From contig OZ220727.1 in assembly GCA_965116865.1 (NCBI GenBank), forward strand, positions 1,156,798-1,220,797: a stretch of DNA of 64,000 nt, read 5' to 3'. A program made the translations under genes and the position numbers. This DNA is from Acidimicrobiales bacterium (lineage in GTDB: Bacteria > Actinomycetota > Acidimicrobiia > Acidimicrobiales > Aldehydirespiratoraceae). Shown here piece after piece: positions 48,596-57,103 of the stretch (its first letter is position 1; the number at the start of each line of letters is the position of its first letter). The notes beneath the pieces are model-generated. The model did no database searches. It was not told the DNA's origin and worked only from the letters and a program-made list of their open reading frames with translations.

Positions 48596-49654
48596 TCACG
48601 GGCCGCTGTCGTCGGTCTCGTCGAAGATGTCGCCCACCAGGCCCTCGAGGATGTCCTCCAGGGTGACCACGCCCAGCATGCGCCCGGTGTCGCTTCGCAC
48701 CAGAGCCATGTGAACTCGCGACCGCCGCATGTCGAGCAGGAGGTCGCGACCGGCCATATCAGGGCCCACCACCCGCATGCGGCGCACCAACTCCAACGGC
48801 AGCGGATCGTCGCAGGCCTCCTCCGGCATGCGGATCAGGTCCTTGGCGTGGACGAACCCCAGCACGTCGTCGGGTTCCGACCCCCACATCGGGATCCGGG
48901 TGTGTCCGGTGGCGGCCACCACATCCTCGAGTCGGGCCGCGGACGCCCCCCGGGGCACGGACACCAGCCGGTCGGCGGGCACCATCACCGATCCGACCGA
49001 CTGGGCACGGAACTCCAGCGCGCCCGACAGCAACTCGTGCTCGGTGGGCTCGATCACGCCCTCCTCGCGGGCGCCCGCGAGCAGCGTCCGGAACTCGTTG
49101 ATGGTGAGCGCGGTGTTGATCTCGTCCACCGGATTGATGCCCATCAGGCGCACGATGCGGTTCCCCACGAAGTTGAGGGACGCGATGACCGGTCTGAACA
49201 CTGCACCGTAGATGCGCATGGCCGGCGCCAGCAGCCGTGCCGACGCCTCCGGCTCGGCAATGGCCATGTTCTTGGGGACCATCTCGCCCACCACCACATG
49301 CAGCGTCGTCACCACGAACAGCGCCACCGCGAAGGAGATCGTGTGCAGGACGCCGGACGGAACCTCCACGACCCTCTCGATGACCGGCTCGATGAGGTGG
49401 GCGATGGCCGGCTCGGCCACATAGCCCAGCACCAGCGAGGCCATGGTGATGCCGAACTGGGCTCCAGCGAGCTGGGTCTGCAGGTCGCGCACCGCTGCCA
49501 GGGCGATGCCGCTGCGCCTGTCGCCGTCGGACGCGGCCGCCTCCAAGCGAACAGCACGGGCCGCGACCAGCGCGAACTCGGCCGCCACGAAAAAGGCGTT
49601 GGCCCCGAGCATCACCACCGCCACAACCAAGGCTACGACCGTCGCCGTGCTCAC
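48596..49654 (-). CDS. CNNM/CorC/TlyC family protein (DUF21 + CBS pair)
   Basis: GTG 49654 gives VSTATVVALVVAVVMLGANAFFVAAEFALV (DUF21), followed by CBS-pair-like regions. The track ORF start at 49849 lies inside the repeat. Confidence 0.8.
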   Translation of the reverse strand: MSTATVVALVVAVVMLGANAFFVAAEFALVAARAVRLEAAASDGDRRSGIALAAVRDLQTQLAGAQFGITMASLVLGYVAEPAIAHLIEPVIERVVEVPSGVLHTISFAVALFVVTTLHVVVGEMVPKNMAIAEPEASARLLAPAMRIYGAVFRPVIASLNFVGNRIVRLMGINPVDEINTALTINEFRTLLAGAREEGVIEPTEHELLSGALEFRAQSVGSVMVPADRLVSVPRGASAARLEDVVAATGHTRIPMWGSEPDDVLGFVHAKDLIRMPEEACDDPLPLELVRRMRVVGPDMAGRDLLLDMRRSRVHMALVRSDTGRMLGVVTLEDILEGLVGDIFDETDDSGP

Positions 49655-49876
49655 CGCGACACCCCCGAACCGACCAAGCACCGACCCCGCCGAAAAAAAC
49701 AGCCCACAACCGTCGCCGCGCTCACCGCGACACCCCCGAACCGACCAAGCACCGACCCCGCCGAAAAAACAGCCCACGACCGTCGCCGTGCTCACCGCGA
49801 CACCCCCGAACCGACCAAGCACCGACCCCGCCGAAAAAACAGCCCGCAACCGTCGCCGTGCTCACCGCGACACCCC
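49636..49876. repeat. 70/71-bp tandem array (3.4 copies) seeded on a GTGA stop/start junction
   Basis: The segment g(t/c)gctcaccgcgacaccccc occurs at 49647, 49718, 49788 and 49858. The A7 tract at 49693-49699 contrasts with A6 tracts in the other units. Confidence 0.95.
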
Positions 49877-51235
49877 CGGTGCTGCCGGGCCGCACCCGTC
49901 CCTTCGCCCCAGCGCGGGCGCGGCTACGGATACGACAGGCGCCGCCACCCGGACAGCGGCGATCCTCAAACGGTCGACAGCCACCACCTCGAGGCGCCAG
50001 CCGTCCACGGTGACGACCTCGCCGGGCACCGGTATGTGGCCCAGCCTGTCCAGCACCAGCCCGGCCAGCGTCTCGTAGCCGCCTTCGGGCATGGCGAAGC
50101 CGGTAGCGTCGAACACCTCGTCGGTGTGCAGCGACGCGGACAGCACCGTCGAGCCCCGGGACTCGGACCGGGTGCGCTCAGGGGTGGACGAGTCGTGCTC
50201 GTCGTCGATCTCACCGACGATCTCCTCAAGCACGTCCTCGAGGGTGATGATCCCCGCCGTGCCGCCGTGCTCGTCGACCACCACGGCCAGCAGACCCGCG
50301 CCGGCGCGCAGGTCGTGCAGGATGTCGTTGAGATCGCGGGACTCGGGCACGGCAAGCACCGGCTGCATCAACTGCGACACCGGCGTGGAATGCCGTTGCG
50401 GCCCGGGCACGGCGAACAGCGATTTCACATGGACCACGCCGGCCACGTTGTCGAGATGGCCCGCCGTGACCGGAAACCGGGAATGGCCGGTGCCGACGGC
50501 CAGTTCGGCGAGGTAAGCCACCGAGGCGTCGGCCTCGATGGCGACCACCTCCACCCTGGGCACCATGGCGTCGTCGGCCTGCTTGTCGGCCAGGCGGATC
50601 GACCGGGTGAGCAGCCACACCTCGTCCTCGTCGAGCATCCCCCCCTGCCCCGATGAAACGAAGAGGTGTTCGAGTTCGTCGCGATCAGGCACCGTGTCTA
50701 TCTCCTCGCGCGGCTCCATGCCGAGTCGGCGCACCATCCAGTTGGCCGCGCCGTTGAGGAAAGCCACCACAGGCCGGGCCAGCACGCCGTACACGGTGGT
50801 CGGAACGGCCACCGCCACCGCTGTCCCGAAGGGCTTCGTGGTGGCCACCGCCTTGGGGACGAGCTCGCCCATCATCATCTGCACGATCGTGGCCAGCATC
50901 AGCGCGACCGCGACGGACACGCCCGAGGGCGTGTTGCCCCCGAACAGCGCCTCGACTCCGGGCGCAATCATCGGCGCCAGGGCCGGTTCGACCATGAAGC
51001 CGAGAAGCAACGACGAGACCGTGATGCCGATCTGCGCGCCCGACAGGTGAAACGACAGCCGGGCCACCAAGCGCTGGACCATCCGGGCCCGGCGGTCTCC
51101 GGCCCCTGCCCGTTCGTCCACTCGGGTGCGGTCCACCGCCACCAGCGCGAACTCCATGGCGACGAAGAAGGCGTTGGCTGCCATCAGCGCGAGAGCGGCC
51201 AAGAGCCACAGCGCGGTCTCTATCGGTCCTCCCAA
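49862..51235 (-). CDS. CNNM/CorC/TlyC family protein (DUF21 + CBS pair + CorC_HlyC)
   Basis: N-terminus LLAALALMAANAFFVAMEFALVAVDR, then CBS-like segments and the C-terminal transporter-associated domain. 457 aa. Confidence 0.85.
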   Translation of the reverse strand: MGGPIETALWLLAALALMAANAFFVAMEFALVAVDRTRVDERAGAGDRRARMVQRLVARLSFHLSGAQIGITVSSLLLGFMVEPALAPMIAPGVEALFGGNTPSGVSVAVALMLATIVQMMMGELVPKAVATTKPFGTAVAVAVPTTVYGVLARPVVAFLNGAANWMVRRLGMEPREEIDTVPDRDELEHLFVSSGQGGMLDEDEVWLLTRSIRLADKQADDAMVPRVEVVAIEADASVAYLAELAVGTGHSRFPVTAGHLDNVAGVVHVKSLFAVPGPQRHSTPVSQLMQPVLAVPESRDLNDILHDLRAGAGLLAVVVDEHGGTAGIITLEDVLEEIVGEIDDEHDSSTPERTRSESRGSTVLSASLHTDEVFDATGFAMPEGGYETLAGLVLDRLGHIPVPGEVVTVDGWRLEVVAVDRLRIAAVRVAAPVVSVAAPALGRRDGCGPAAPGVSR

Positions 51236-51280
51236 GAATCTCCGGGCCCTTCGGGACCCGAATCTATCCGGCCGGCCCTC

Positions 51281-51320
51281 TCATGCCCGCTCCTGTTCGA
51301 TGCGACCTGAGGGCCGTGTC
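51281..51320 (+). repeat. partial fourth copy of the structured dispersed repeat
   Basis: By eye, tcatgcccgctcctgttcgatgcgacctgagggccgtgtc is about 80% identical to copy 2 (tcattcccgctcttgttagctgcgacctgagggccgctc). Confidence 0.5.
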
Positions 51321-51339
51321 GAGCTGGGACGGTTCCTGT

Positions 51340-51650
51340 GGCCCCACCGATACGGCTCGTGGTGGCATTCCTGCTGGTGGGCGGCGAGACCGTCGAGCTG
51401 CAGCTCGGACCGCTGTTCACCCAGATCGGGGTTGACGACGGCATCACGGCCCGCGACACGCGCCGCCGCCGCGGTGACCATCGCCCATCGCCTCACCACC
51501 GCCCGGCGGGCGGATCGCATCGCGGTGGTCGATGCTGGTCGTATCGTCGAGATCGGGACCCACCGCGAGCTGGTGGATCTGGGCGGGCGCTATGCGACGA
51601 TGTGCGAGATGTGGGAGAGCCACGACGAAAAGATCCCCGTCCGCGCAGAG
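51340..51650 (+). pseudogene. decayed 3' remnant of an ABC exporter-type ATPase
   Basis: VTIAHRLTTARRADRIAVVDAGRIVEIGTHRELVDLGGRYATMCEMW is the typical C-terminal end of MsbA/CydCD-type ATPases. Weaker signature and Walker B-like traces (LVGGETVELQLGPLF..IGVDDGIT) lie in a different frame upstream. Confidence 0.55.
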
Positions 51651-51772
51651 CCTCGACCGCGACGGTGCGACCCGGTGACCGCGCCGGACGCACAGGGGCC
51701 GCCCGGGGCTGCCGTGCCGGTGCCCGGAGGCCGAGCGGATGCACGACAATCTCACGAGAGCCCCGAGAGACC

Positions 51773-52696
51773 GTGAGCGAGGCCGAGGCCCGAGCGGCCC
51801 TTGGGCGCAGCAAGCAGGAGCGAGACGCGCAACGCTGCACAGCCAAGCGGCTCCACCTGCCCGTTCTGGCTCTGCGGGGTGTTCAGCGCACGATCGACGG
51901 AGCCTGCCTGCTGCGGGACGTCGACTGGGAGGTGCGACCAGGCCAGAGGTGGGTGGTGCTCGGTCCGAACGGCTCGGGCAAGACCACGCTCATGCGTATC
52001 GCCACGATGTGGGACCACCCCTCCGCAGGCGCCGTCGAGCTGCTCGGCGAGCGGCTGGGGAGCACCGATGTGCGAAAGCTGCGAGCCAGGGTCGGGTTCA
52101 CGAGCGCGGCGCTGGCCGCCATGCTGCAGCCGTCGTTGACCGTGGCCGAGGTGGTGATGACGGCCAGGCACGCTGCGCTGGCCCCGTGGTGGCATGCCTA
52201 CGAAGCCGACGATGCCGGCCGGGCTCGGGCCGCCCTGGCTCGAGTCGGTTGCGAGGACCGGGCCGACCGGCGCTTCGGGACGCTTTCCTCGGGTGAGCAG
52301 CAGCGGGTGCTGCTGGCTCGAGTGCTGTCACTGGAGCCAGCAGTGATCGTTCTCGACGAGCCCAACGCCGGGCTCGACCTGGCGGGACGCGAGCAGTTGA
52401 TGGTCACGTTGAGCGGCCTGGCTCACGATCCGCTGACCCCGCCGTTGGTGCTGGTGACCCACCACACCGAGGAGATACCGGACGGTTTCACCCACGCGCT
52501 GCTGCTCCGCGACGGAGCAGTGCTGGCGGCGGGACCGATCGACGAGACGCTGACGAGCACCGGCCTCTCGGAGTGCTTCGGGCTCGACCTGATGCTGGAA
52601 CGCCGACGCGGCCGCTGGACCGTCCGAGCGACCGGCCCCGAGACGCAAAGGCCAGGACGCCCGGCCGCCGACTCGCGGACCCCAGACTCGGCTTGA
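51773..52696 (+). CDS. ABC transporter ATP-binding protein (single domain, no adjacent permease)
   Basis: Walker A GPNGSGKTT, signature LSSGEQQR and Walker B VLDEPNAGLD. The start is uncertain. GTG 51773 is in frame. Confidence 0.75.
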   Translation: MSEAEARAALGRSKQERDAQRCTAKRLHLPVLALRGVQRTIDGACLLRDVDWEVRPGQRWVVLGPNGSGKTTLMRIATMWDHPSAGAVELLGERLGSTDVRKLRARVGFTSAALAAMLQPSLTVAEVVMTARHAALAPWWHAYEADDAGRARAALARVGCEDRADRRFGTLSSGEQQRVLLARVLSLEPAVIVLDEPNAGLDLAGREQLMVTLSGLAHDPLTPPLVLVTHHTEEIPDGFTHALLLRDGAVLAAGPIDETLTSTGLSECFGLDLMLERRRGRWTVRATGPETQRPGRPAADSRTPDSA

Positions 52697-52708
52697 CACA
52701 TACTGTGA

Positions 52709-53110
52709 TTGCATCTCGCTATTCTCAGTGCTAAGGTGGAGGATGTGCAGACGCTCTCATTCGCAGACCTGGCGCCCGTGCTCGCCGCCGTCCTCGGACC
52801 GATACTGCTGTTAGCGGTCACGATCATGCGCTACCAGCACGTCGACAGCACCAAGACCCGCGACCTCATCGACCGCAACCGCGAAGCCAGCGAACAAGCC
52901 CACAAAGAAACCCGCGACCTCATCGACCGCAACCGCGAAGCCAGCGAACAAGCCCACAAAGAAACCCGCGACCTCATCGACAAGAACTATCGGGAGATGG
53001 TCAGCGGCCTCGGACGCGCCGATGCGCGACTGAGCCGCATAGAGGGCACCCTGGGTATTCTGTCGGCGACTGCTCACAACGTGGACGACAGCGGCACCGA
53101 GGCAGCCTGA
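52709..53110 (+). CDS. small membrane-anchored protein with 18-aa tandem repeat
   Basis: One TM segment, LAPVLAAVLGPILLLAVTIM. TRDLIDRNREASEQAHKE occurs 2.3 times, encoded by a 54-bp repeat at 52856-52981. AAGGTGGAGG lies upstream of the alternative GTG starts at 52736 and 52745. Confidence 0.55.
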   Translation: MHLAILSAKVEDVQTLSFADLAPVLAAVLGPILLLAVTIMRYQHVDSTKTRDLIDRNREASEQAHKETRDLIDRNREASEQAHKETRDLIDKNYREMVSGLGRADARLSRIEGTLGILSATAHNVDDSGTEAA

Positions 53111-53147
53111 GCCACCCACTCGAGAACCCGACGCGGGCGCGCCGACG

Positions 53148-53325
53148 GTCGTTCCGGAGGACCGCGACCTGACGGCACCGCACCCCCGGGCTCCGGAACC
53201 TCACCGGCATGTTCCTCGCAGACCGTGACCTGACGGCACCGCACCCCCGGGCTCCGGACAAGCCCGCAGCCTCATGAGGCAAGTCGTTCTGGAGGACCGC
53301 GACCTGACAGCGCCGCGCCGGTGCC
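53148..53325. repeat. three-copy X-Y repeat (intervals 61 and 74 bp) between convergent genes
   Basis: The segment gaccg(c/t)gacctgac(g/a)gc(a/g)ccgc occurs around 53161, 53222 and 53296. Confidence 0.75.
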
Positions 53326-53365
53326 GACGTGACCGTGCCGGTGCGGGCTCTGCAGGCCCGCCGTG

Positions 53366-54028
53366 CTAGACCGCGGCCAGGCCGGGACCGCCGACCGCGC
53401 CGCAGGGGCGGATGGCCAGCAGCACGCCCTCGGCCACCTCCACCGTCGGCGGCGCGGCAACGATCACGTTGGAGGTGCCCCGTCCGGAAGTCGGGCTGAG
53501 CGCCTCCTCGACCAGCGGGAACAGCAGACCAGAGGTGGACGCGACCAGCGCGGGCCCGCCGACAGCCAGCAGCGACACGACCTCCCCCACCTCGCCGCGG
53601 AGACGACGCAGTCCCCGCACCACAGTCACATGGGCCTCCCCCACCGTGGCCGACACCTCCAGCGAGGACCAGCGAGGCGAGGCCAGAACCGCCAGGCTGG
53701 CCATCGCCTGGTCGAGCCGCCCTCCGGTGGGGAGCAGCACATGCACCGCCGAGACCTGCCGCAGCGCCAGCGCCATGGCCAGCTCGAGGTCGGTGGCGTC
53801 CTTGTCGACAGGATGCGCGTCGACGGTGCTGCCGCAGCGCTCGGCCCAATCCAGCGCGGCCTCGCCGGCGGAGTCCAGGTCGCCCACCACGGCATCGACG
53901 CGCAACCGCCAGCGGCGGGCCGCGTCAAGCCCGCCGTCAGCTGCGATCACGAGGTCGGGAGATCCCGTCGCGGGCGCCTCGCCGTGCTGGTCGCCCGCCA
54001 CCAGCAACGCCCACGATCGACGTCTCAC
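53366..54028 (-). CDS. thiamine pyrophosphokinase
   Basis: VIAADGGLD ... VVGDLDS ... DKDATDLELA and a C-terminal thiamine-binding-like domain. The start is GTG 54028. Confidence 0.8.
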   Translation of the reverse strand: MRRRSWALLVAGDQHGEAPATGSPDLVIAADGGLDAARRWRLRVDAVVGDLDSAGEAALDWAERCGSTVDAHPVDKDATDLELAMALALRQVSAVHVLLPTGGRLDQAMASLAVLASPRWSSLEVSATVGEAHVTVVRGLRRLRGEVGEVVSLLAVGGPALVASTSGLLFPLVEEALSPTSGRGTSNVIVAAPPTVEVAEGVLLAIRPCGAVGGPGLAAV

Positions 54029-54046
54029 GATCGACGTCTCACGATC
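54013..54046. repeat. 14-bp tandem duplication (acgatcgacgtctc x2.4) covering the thiamine pyrophosphokinase start codon
   Basis: Units at 54013-54026 and 54027-54040, with a partial unit at 54041-54046. Confidence 0.9.
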
Positions 54047-54070
54047 CTGCCGGCGCTGTGCAGTCGAACC

Positions 54071-55288
54071 TCACGGGAGGTACGGCGTGGGGTCCACGGC
54101 CCTGCCGTCGATGCGCATCTCGAAGTGCAGGTGGGGGCCGGTGGACCATCCGGTGGAGCCGATCGCACCGATGCGGTCCCCGCTCTGCACGTCCTGGCCC
54201 TCGGACACCTCGATACGGCTGAGATGGCCGTAGAGGGTGCTGTATCCGAAACCGTGGTAGATGACGACCACGTTGCCGAAACCGCCCCGCTGCCCGGCCA
54301 GGATCACTTCACCGGAGCGGGCCGCTCTGACCCGGTCGCCGGTGTCGCCGTCGAGGTCGATCCCGTTGTGCTGGCGCACCGACCCGAAGATGGGGTGGAC
54401 CCTCGGCCCGAAGCCCGACGTCGTCTCGCCGTCCGCGGGCCAGGCCACCAGCTCGAACGGGCCGTTCTCCGCCTCGTGGCGACGGCGCTCCTCCTCGATC
54501 GCGCGGCGGCGCTCCTCCTCCTCCTGGCGGCGGCGCTCCTCCTCCCTGCGGCGGATCTCGTCCTCGATGCGGAAGATCTCCCGCTCCATCTCCTCGTCCG
54601 CCTGCTCGATCTCGGCCGAGACGAGGTCCCATTCGCGGATGCGGGCCTGGATCTCCCGGCGCAGCTCCAGCGCAGCCGACCGGGCGTCCTCGAGGTCTGC
54701 GAGCCGCTGCTGCTGGGCTAAGCGCTCCTCGTCGGCGTCGGCGGCCCGGTCGAGGGCCCGCCGACGCACCACTTCGATCTGCGCCTCCGCGGTCCGCAGC
54801 TCGTCGGTGATCTCCAACTCGTTGCCGAGGGCGAGGTCGAGCAGGAACAGCTTCACAGCGCTCTGGTTGAGGCCCGTCGAGAACTGCTCGACGAGATTGG
54901 CCGGCGGCTGGACGTAAGCCTCCACAGCCCGTCGGCGCAGCCGTTCTCGGAGGGCCTCGATCTCGTCCACGAACCATTCGGCCTCGGCCCGGGCCGCGTC
55001 AGCCTCGGCCTCCGCAGCCGCGATGGCTGCCTCCGCCGCTTCGACCCGGGTGTGTTGGAGGTCGATGTAGTCGTCCAGCTGCTGGAGCGCATCGACGAGG
55101 GCCGCGTCGTCCGCGACGAGCGCATCGACCTGGACAGCGACGTCAGCGGCATCGCGGGCCAGCTGCACCCGCTGCCGACGGAGGCCGTCGAGGCGCTCGT
55201 CGTCCTGTGCCGGCGCGGCTGCCGCCATCAGCGCTGCCGCGGAAACGATCAGAAGTAGCGCTCCGCAGAGGCGTCGCAGCCTACGCAC
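54071..55288 (-). CDS. M23 family metallopeptidase with long N-terminal coiled coil
   Basis: C-terminal HNGIDLDG ... GHLSRI ... GSTGWSTGPHLHFE. The candidate start GTG 55288 gives the signal peptide RRLRRLCGALLLIVSAAALMAAAAPA. The track ORF extends to 55450. Confidence 0.85.
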   Translation of the reverse strand: MRRLRRLCGALLLIVSAAALMAAAAPAQDDERLDGLRRQRVQLARDAADVAVQVDALVADDAALVDALQQLDDYIDLQHTRVEAAEAAIAAAEAEADAARAEAEWFVDEIEALRERLRRRAVEAYVQPPANLVEQFSTGLNQSAVKLFLLDLALGNELEITDELRTAEAQIEVVRRRALDRAADADEERLAQQQRLADLEDARSAALELRREIQARIREWDLVSAEIEQADEEMEREIFRIEDEIRRREEERRRQEEEERRRAIEEERRRHEAENGPFELVAWPADGETTSGFGPRVHPIFGSVRQHNGIDLDGDTGDRVRAARSGEVILAGQRGGFGNVVVIYHGFGYSTLYGHLSRIEVSEGQDVQSGDRIGAIGSTGWSTGPHLHFEMRIDGRAVDPTPYLP

Positions 55289-55309
55289 GAAGATCAGCGT
55301 GACGGAACC

Positions 55310-55342
55310 GCAATATTTCCGCAATTTTAGTGCAATATTTCT
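55310..55342. promoter_or_regulatory. three helically phased 11-bp direct repeats upstream of the M23 peptidase gene
   Basis: The units gcaatatttcc, gcaattttagt and gcaatatttct lie at 55310, 55321 and 55332. The block is AT-rich in a GC-rich background and sits 22 nt upstream of the candidate start. Confidence 0.5.
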
Positions 55343-55380
55343 GGCGGTGCGCCCATGGCGGCCCGACCCGGTCCCTCCCG

Positions 55381-55492
55381 GCCCGCGCAACAGAGACAAC
55401 GCCTGTGGTTGTCGCACCTTGAAGATCTCGTCGGCGGTCATGCGCCGCACGGAGCCCGCGCAACATAGACAACGCCTGTGGTTGTCGCACCT
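55381..55492. repeat. X-Y-X junction repeat, period 73 bp, seeded on the stop of the 55491..56912 gene
   Basis: The segment gcccgcgcaaca(g/t)agacaacgcctgtggttgtcgcacct occurs at 55381-55419 and 55454-55492. Each X carries the hairpin gacaac-gcctgtg-gttgtc. Confidence 0.9.
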
Positions 55493-56912
55493 AGGCGCCG
55501 AGCAGCAGGAGCAGGCCGATGACGGTGTAGCAGACCATCACGGCCAGCATCGGGTACTGCGAGCGCATCGCCAACCTGTGAGGCCAGCGCTCCACCGCCC
55601 GGTCGTGGGACACCGCGACGGCCAGGACATGGCCCACTGCGATGGCCGCGGTCTGCGTCCAGGCGATTGTGTCGGTGGAGACGGCGGTGAAGTTCACCAG
55701 ATAGGAGGCAGTGCCGAAGAGGTCCCATCCCCGACCGAAGGGGTCGGAGACGTGCGCGATGATCTGCTGGCCCTCCAGCATCAGGTAGCTGAAATAGTGG
55801 GCGACTGTGTAGGCCGCCGCGATGGGCAGAAGCGAGGGCGCGAAGGCGTCGGCCAGTTCCCTCTCGCTGTCGCCGGTGACGGCGGCCATCCCGGCAATGG
55901 CCGCCCGGTACAGCACGAACACGACGAAGATCGCGAACACGAGCCCTACGGTGTTGACCGCGGTCAACTCCCAGCCGGTGCGTTGGGCGGCGACGTCGAG
56001 CCACACCGAACTGCGGGTGAAGCCGTCGTAGGTGGTGGAGCCGAGCACCACGAGGATGAACGCCACCGAGCCTCGCTTGACCGGCAGCACGGCCAGACCG
56101 GCCAGCGGCGCCCTCAGTCTCAGGGCGCCGCCCTCACGGTGCAGCGGCGCCATGGCAGACAGCTTGGTGAACAGCACGCCGAACCCCTCGGCGTCGTGCA
56201 GCCAGCCCCGACCGAACGCTGCCGCGCCCGCTAGCAACGCGACCGTGTAGGCAACCAGGCACATACCGAGCACCCGGATGTCGGTGTTGTCGTGGAAGGC
56301 GAGCTCGAACCAGACGAAGCCGAACACTGCGGCGGTGGCCCACCAGTGGTTTCCGGCGCCGCGGTCGGCGTCGGTTGCCGCCTGACCGCGGAGGCGGGCC
56401 CGCAGTCGGGCCGATCCGTCGGCGATGGTGGTGAACGGGCTGAGGTGCAGCCACACATCCCCCACCAGCACCGACACCACCTGGAGGCCCACCCAGAAGA
56501 TGACGTAGACCGCGACCGGGGCGATGTTCACCGACGGGTTGGTGTTGCCGGCCAGCCCTGCGTAGAGCAGCACGGCCAGCATGAACAGGCCGAGCGCTCT
56601 GAGCAGCGCCGCCAGGAACCGGCAGGCCTGCTGGAACAGCTCTGGGAGGATCCGTCCGGCTGCGGCCGCCCGGAACTTCGGCGTGTCCCAGAACATGCCC
56701 AGCGCCACGAACGAGGCAGCCACCGCGAACGACGCGGCCCATGCCAGTTGCCAGACGGGGACGGGCAGGTCGAGCCGTCCGCCCACGCCGTGCGCGGCCG
56801 CGTCGCCGGCCGACACCCACAGCACAGCGGCGGCCAGCGCCCCTGCGGCCAGGGTTCGGCAGACGGTGGGGCTCACGGCAGCAACGGCTCCTGGTCTATG
56901 GCGGTCCCGCAA
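55491..56912 (-). CDS. polytopic membrane protein, function unknown
   Basis: 473-aa ORF with more than 10 hydrophobic segments. The N-terminus contains AAAHGVGGRLDLPVPVWQLAW. Confidence 0.7.
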   Translation of the reverse strand: MRDRHRPGAVAAVSPTVCRTLAAGALAAAVLWVSAGDAAAHGVGGRLDLPVPVWQLAWAASFAVAASFVALGMFWDTPKFRAAAAGRILPELFQQACRFLAALLRALGLFMLAVLLYAGLAGNTNPSVNIAPVAVYVIFWVGLQVVSVLVGDVWLHLSPFTTIADGSARLRARLRGQAATDADRGAGNHWWATAAVFGFVWFELAFHDNTDIRVLGMCLVAYTVALLAGAAAFGRGWLHDAEGFGVLFTKLSAMAPLHREGGALRLRAPLAGLAVLPVKRGSVAFILVVLGSTTYDGFTRSSVWLDVAAQRTGWELTAVNTVGLVFAIFVVFVLYRAAIAGMAAVTGDSERELADAFAPSLLPIAAAYTVAHYFSYLMLEGQQIIAHVSDPFGRGWDLFGTASYLVNFTAVSTDTIAWTQTAAIAVGHVLAVAVSHDRAVERWPHRLAMRSQYPMLAVMVCYTVIGLLLLLGA

Positions 56913-56936
56913 GAGGTGGCGACGGATCTGAACCGG

Positions 56937-57010
56937 TGGGCGATACTGGACTCGAACCAGTGACCTCTGCCGTGTGAAAGCAGCACTCTAGCCATCTGAG
57001 CTAATCGCCC
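56937..57010 (-). tRNA. tRNA-Val (anticodon CAC)
   Basis: The reverse complement reads GGGCGAT-TA-GCTC-AGATGGCTA-GAGT-G-CTGCT-TTCACAC-GGCAG-AGGTC-ACTGG-TTCGAGT-CCAGT-ATCGCCC-A. Confidence 0.9.
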
Positions 57011-57103
57011 TGGTAACGGTCGAGGCTACCAGCGGCATGGGAGTTGAGAACGCCGGGTTGACGGCAAGGGGACCGCGCCGCCGGCTTCAGCCCCAAACCG
57101 AGA

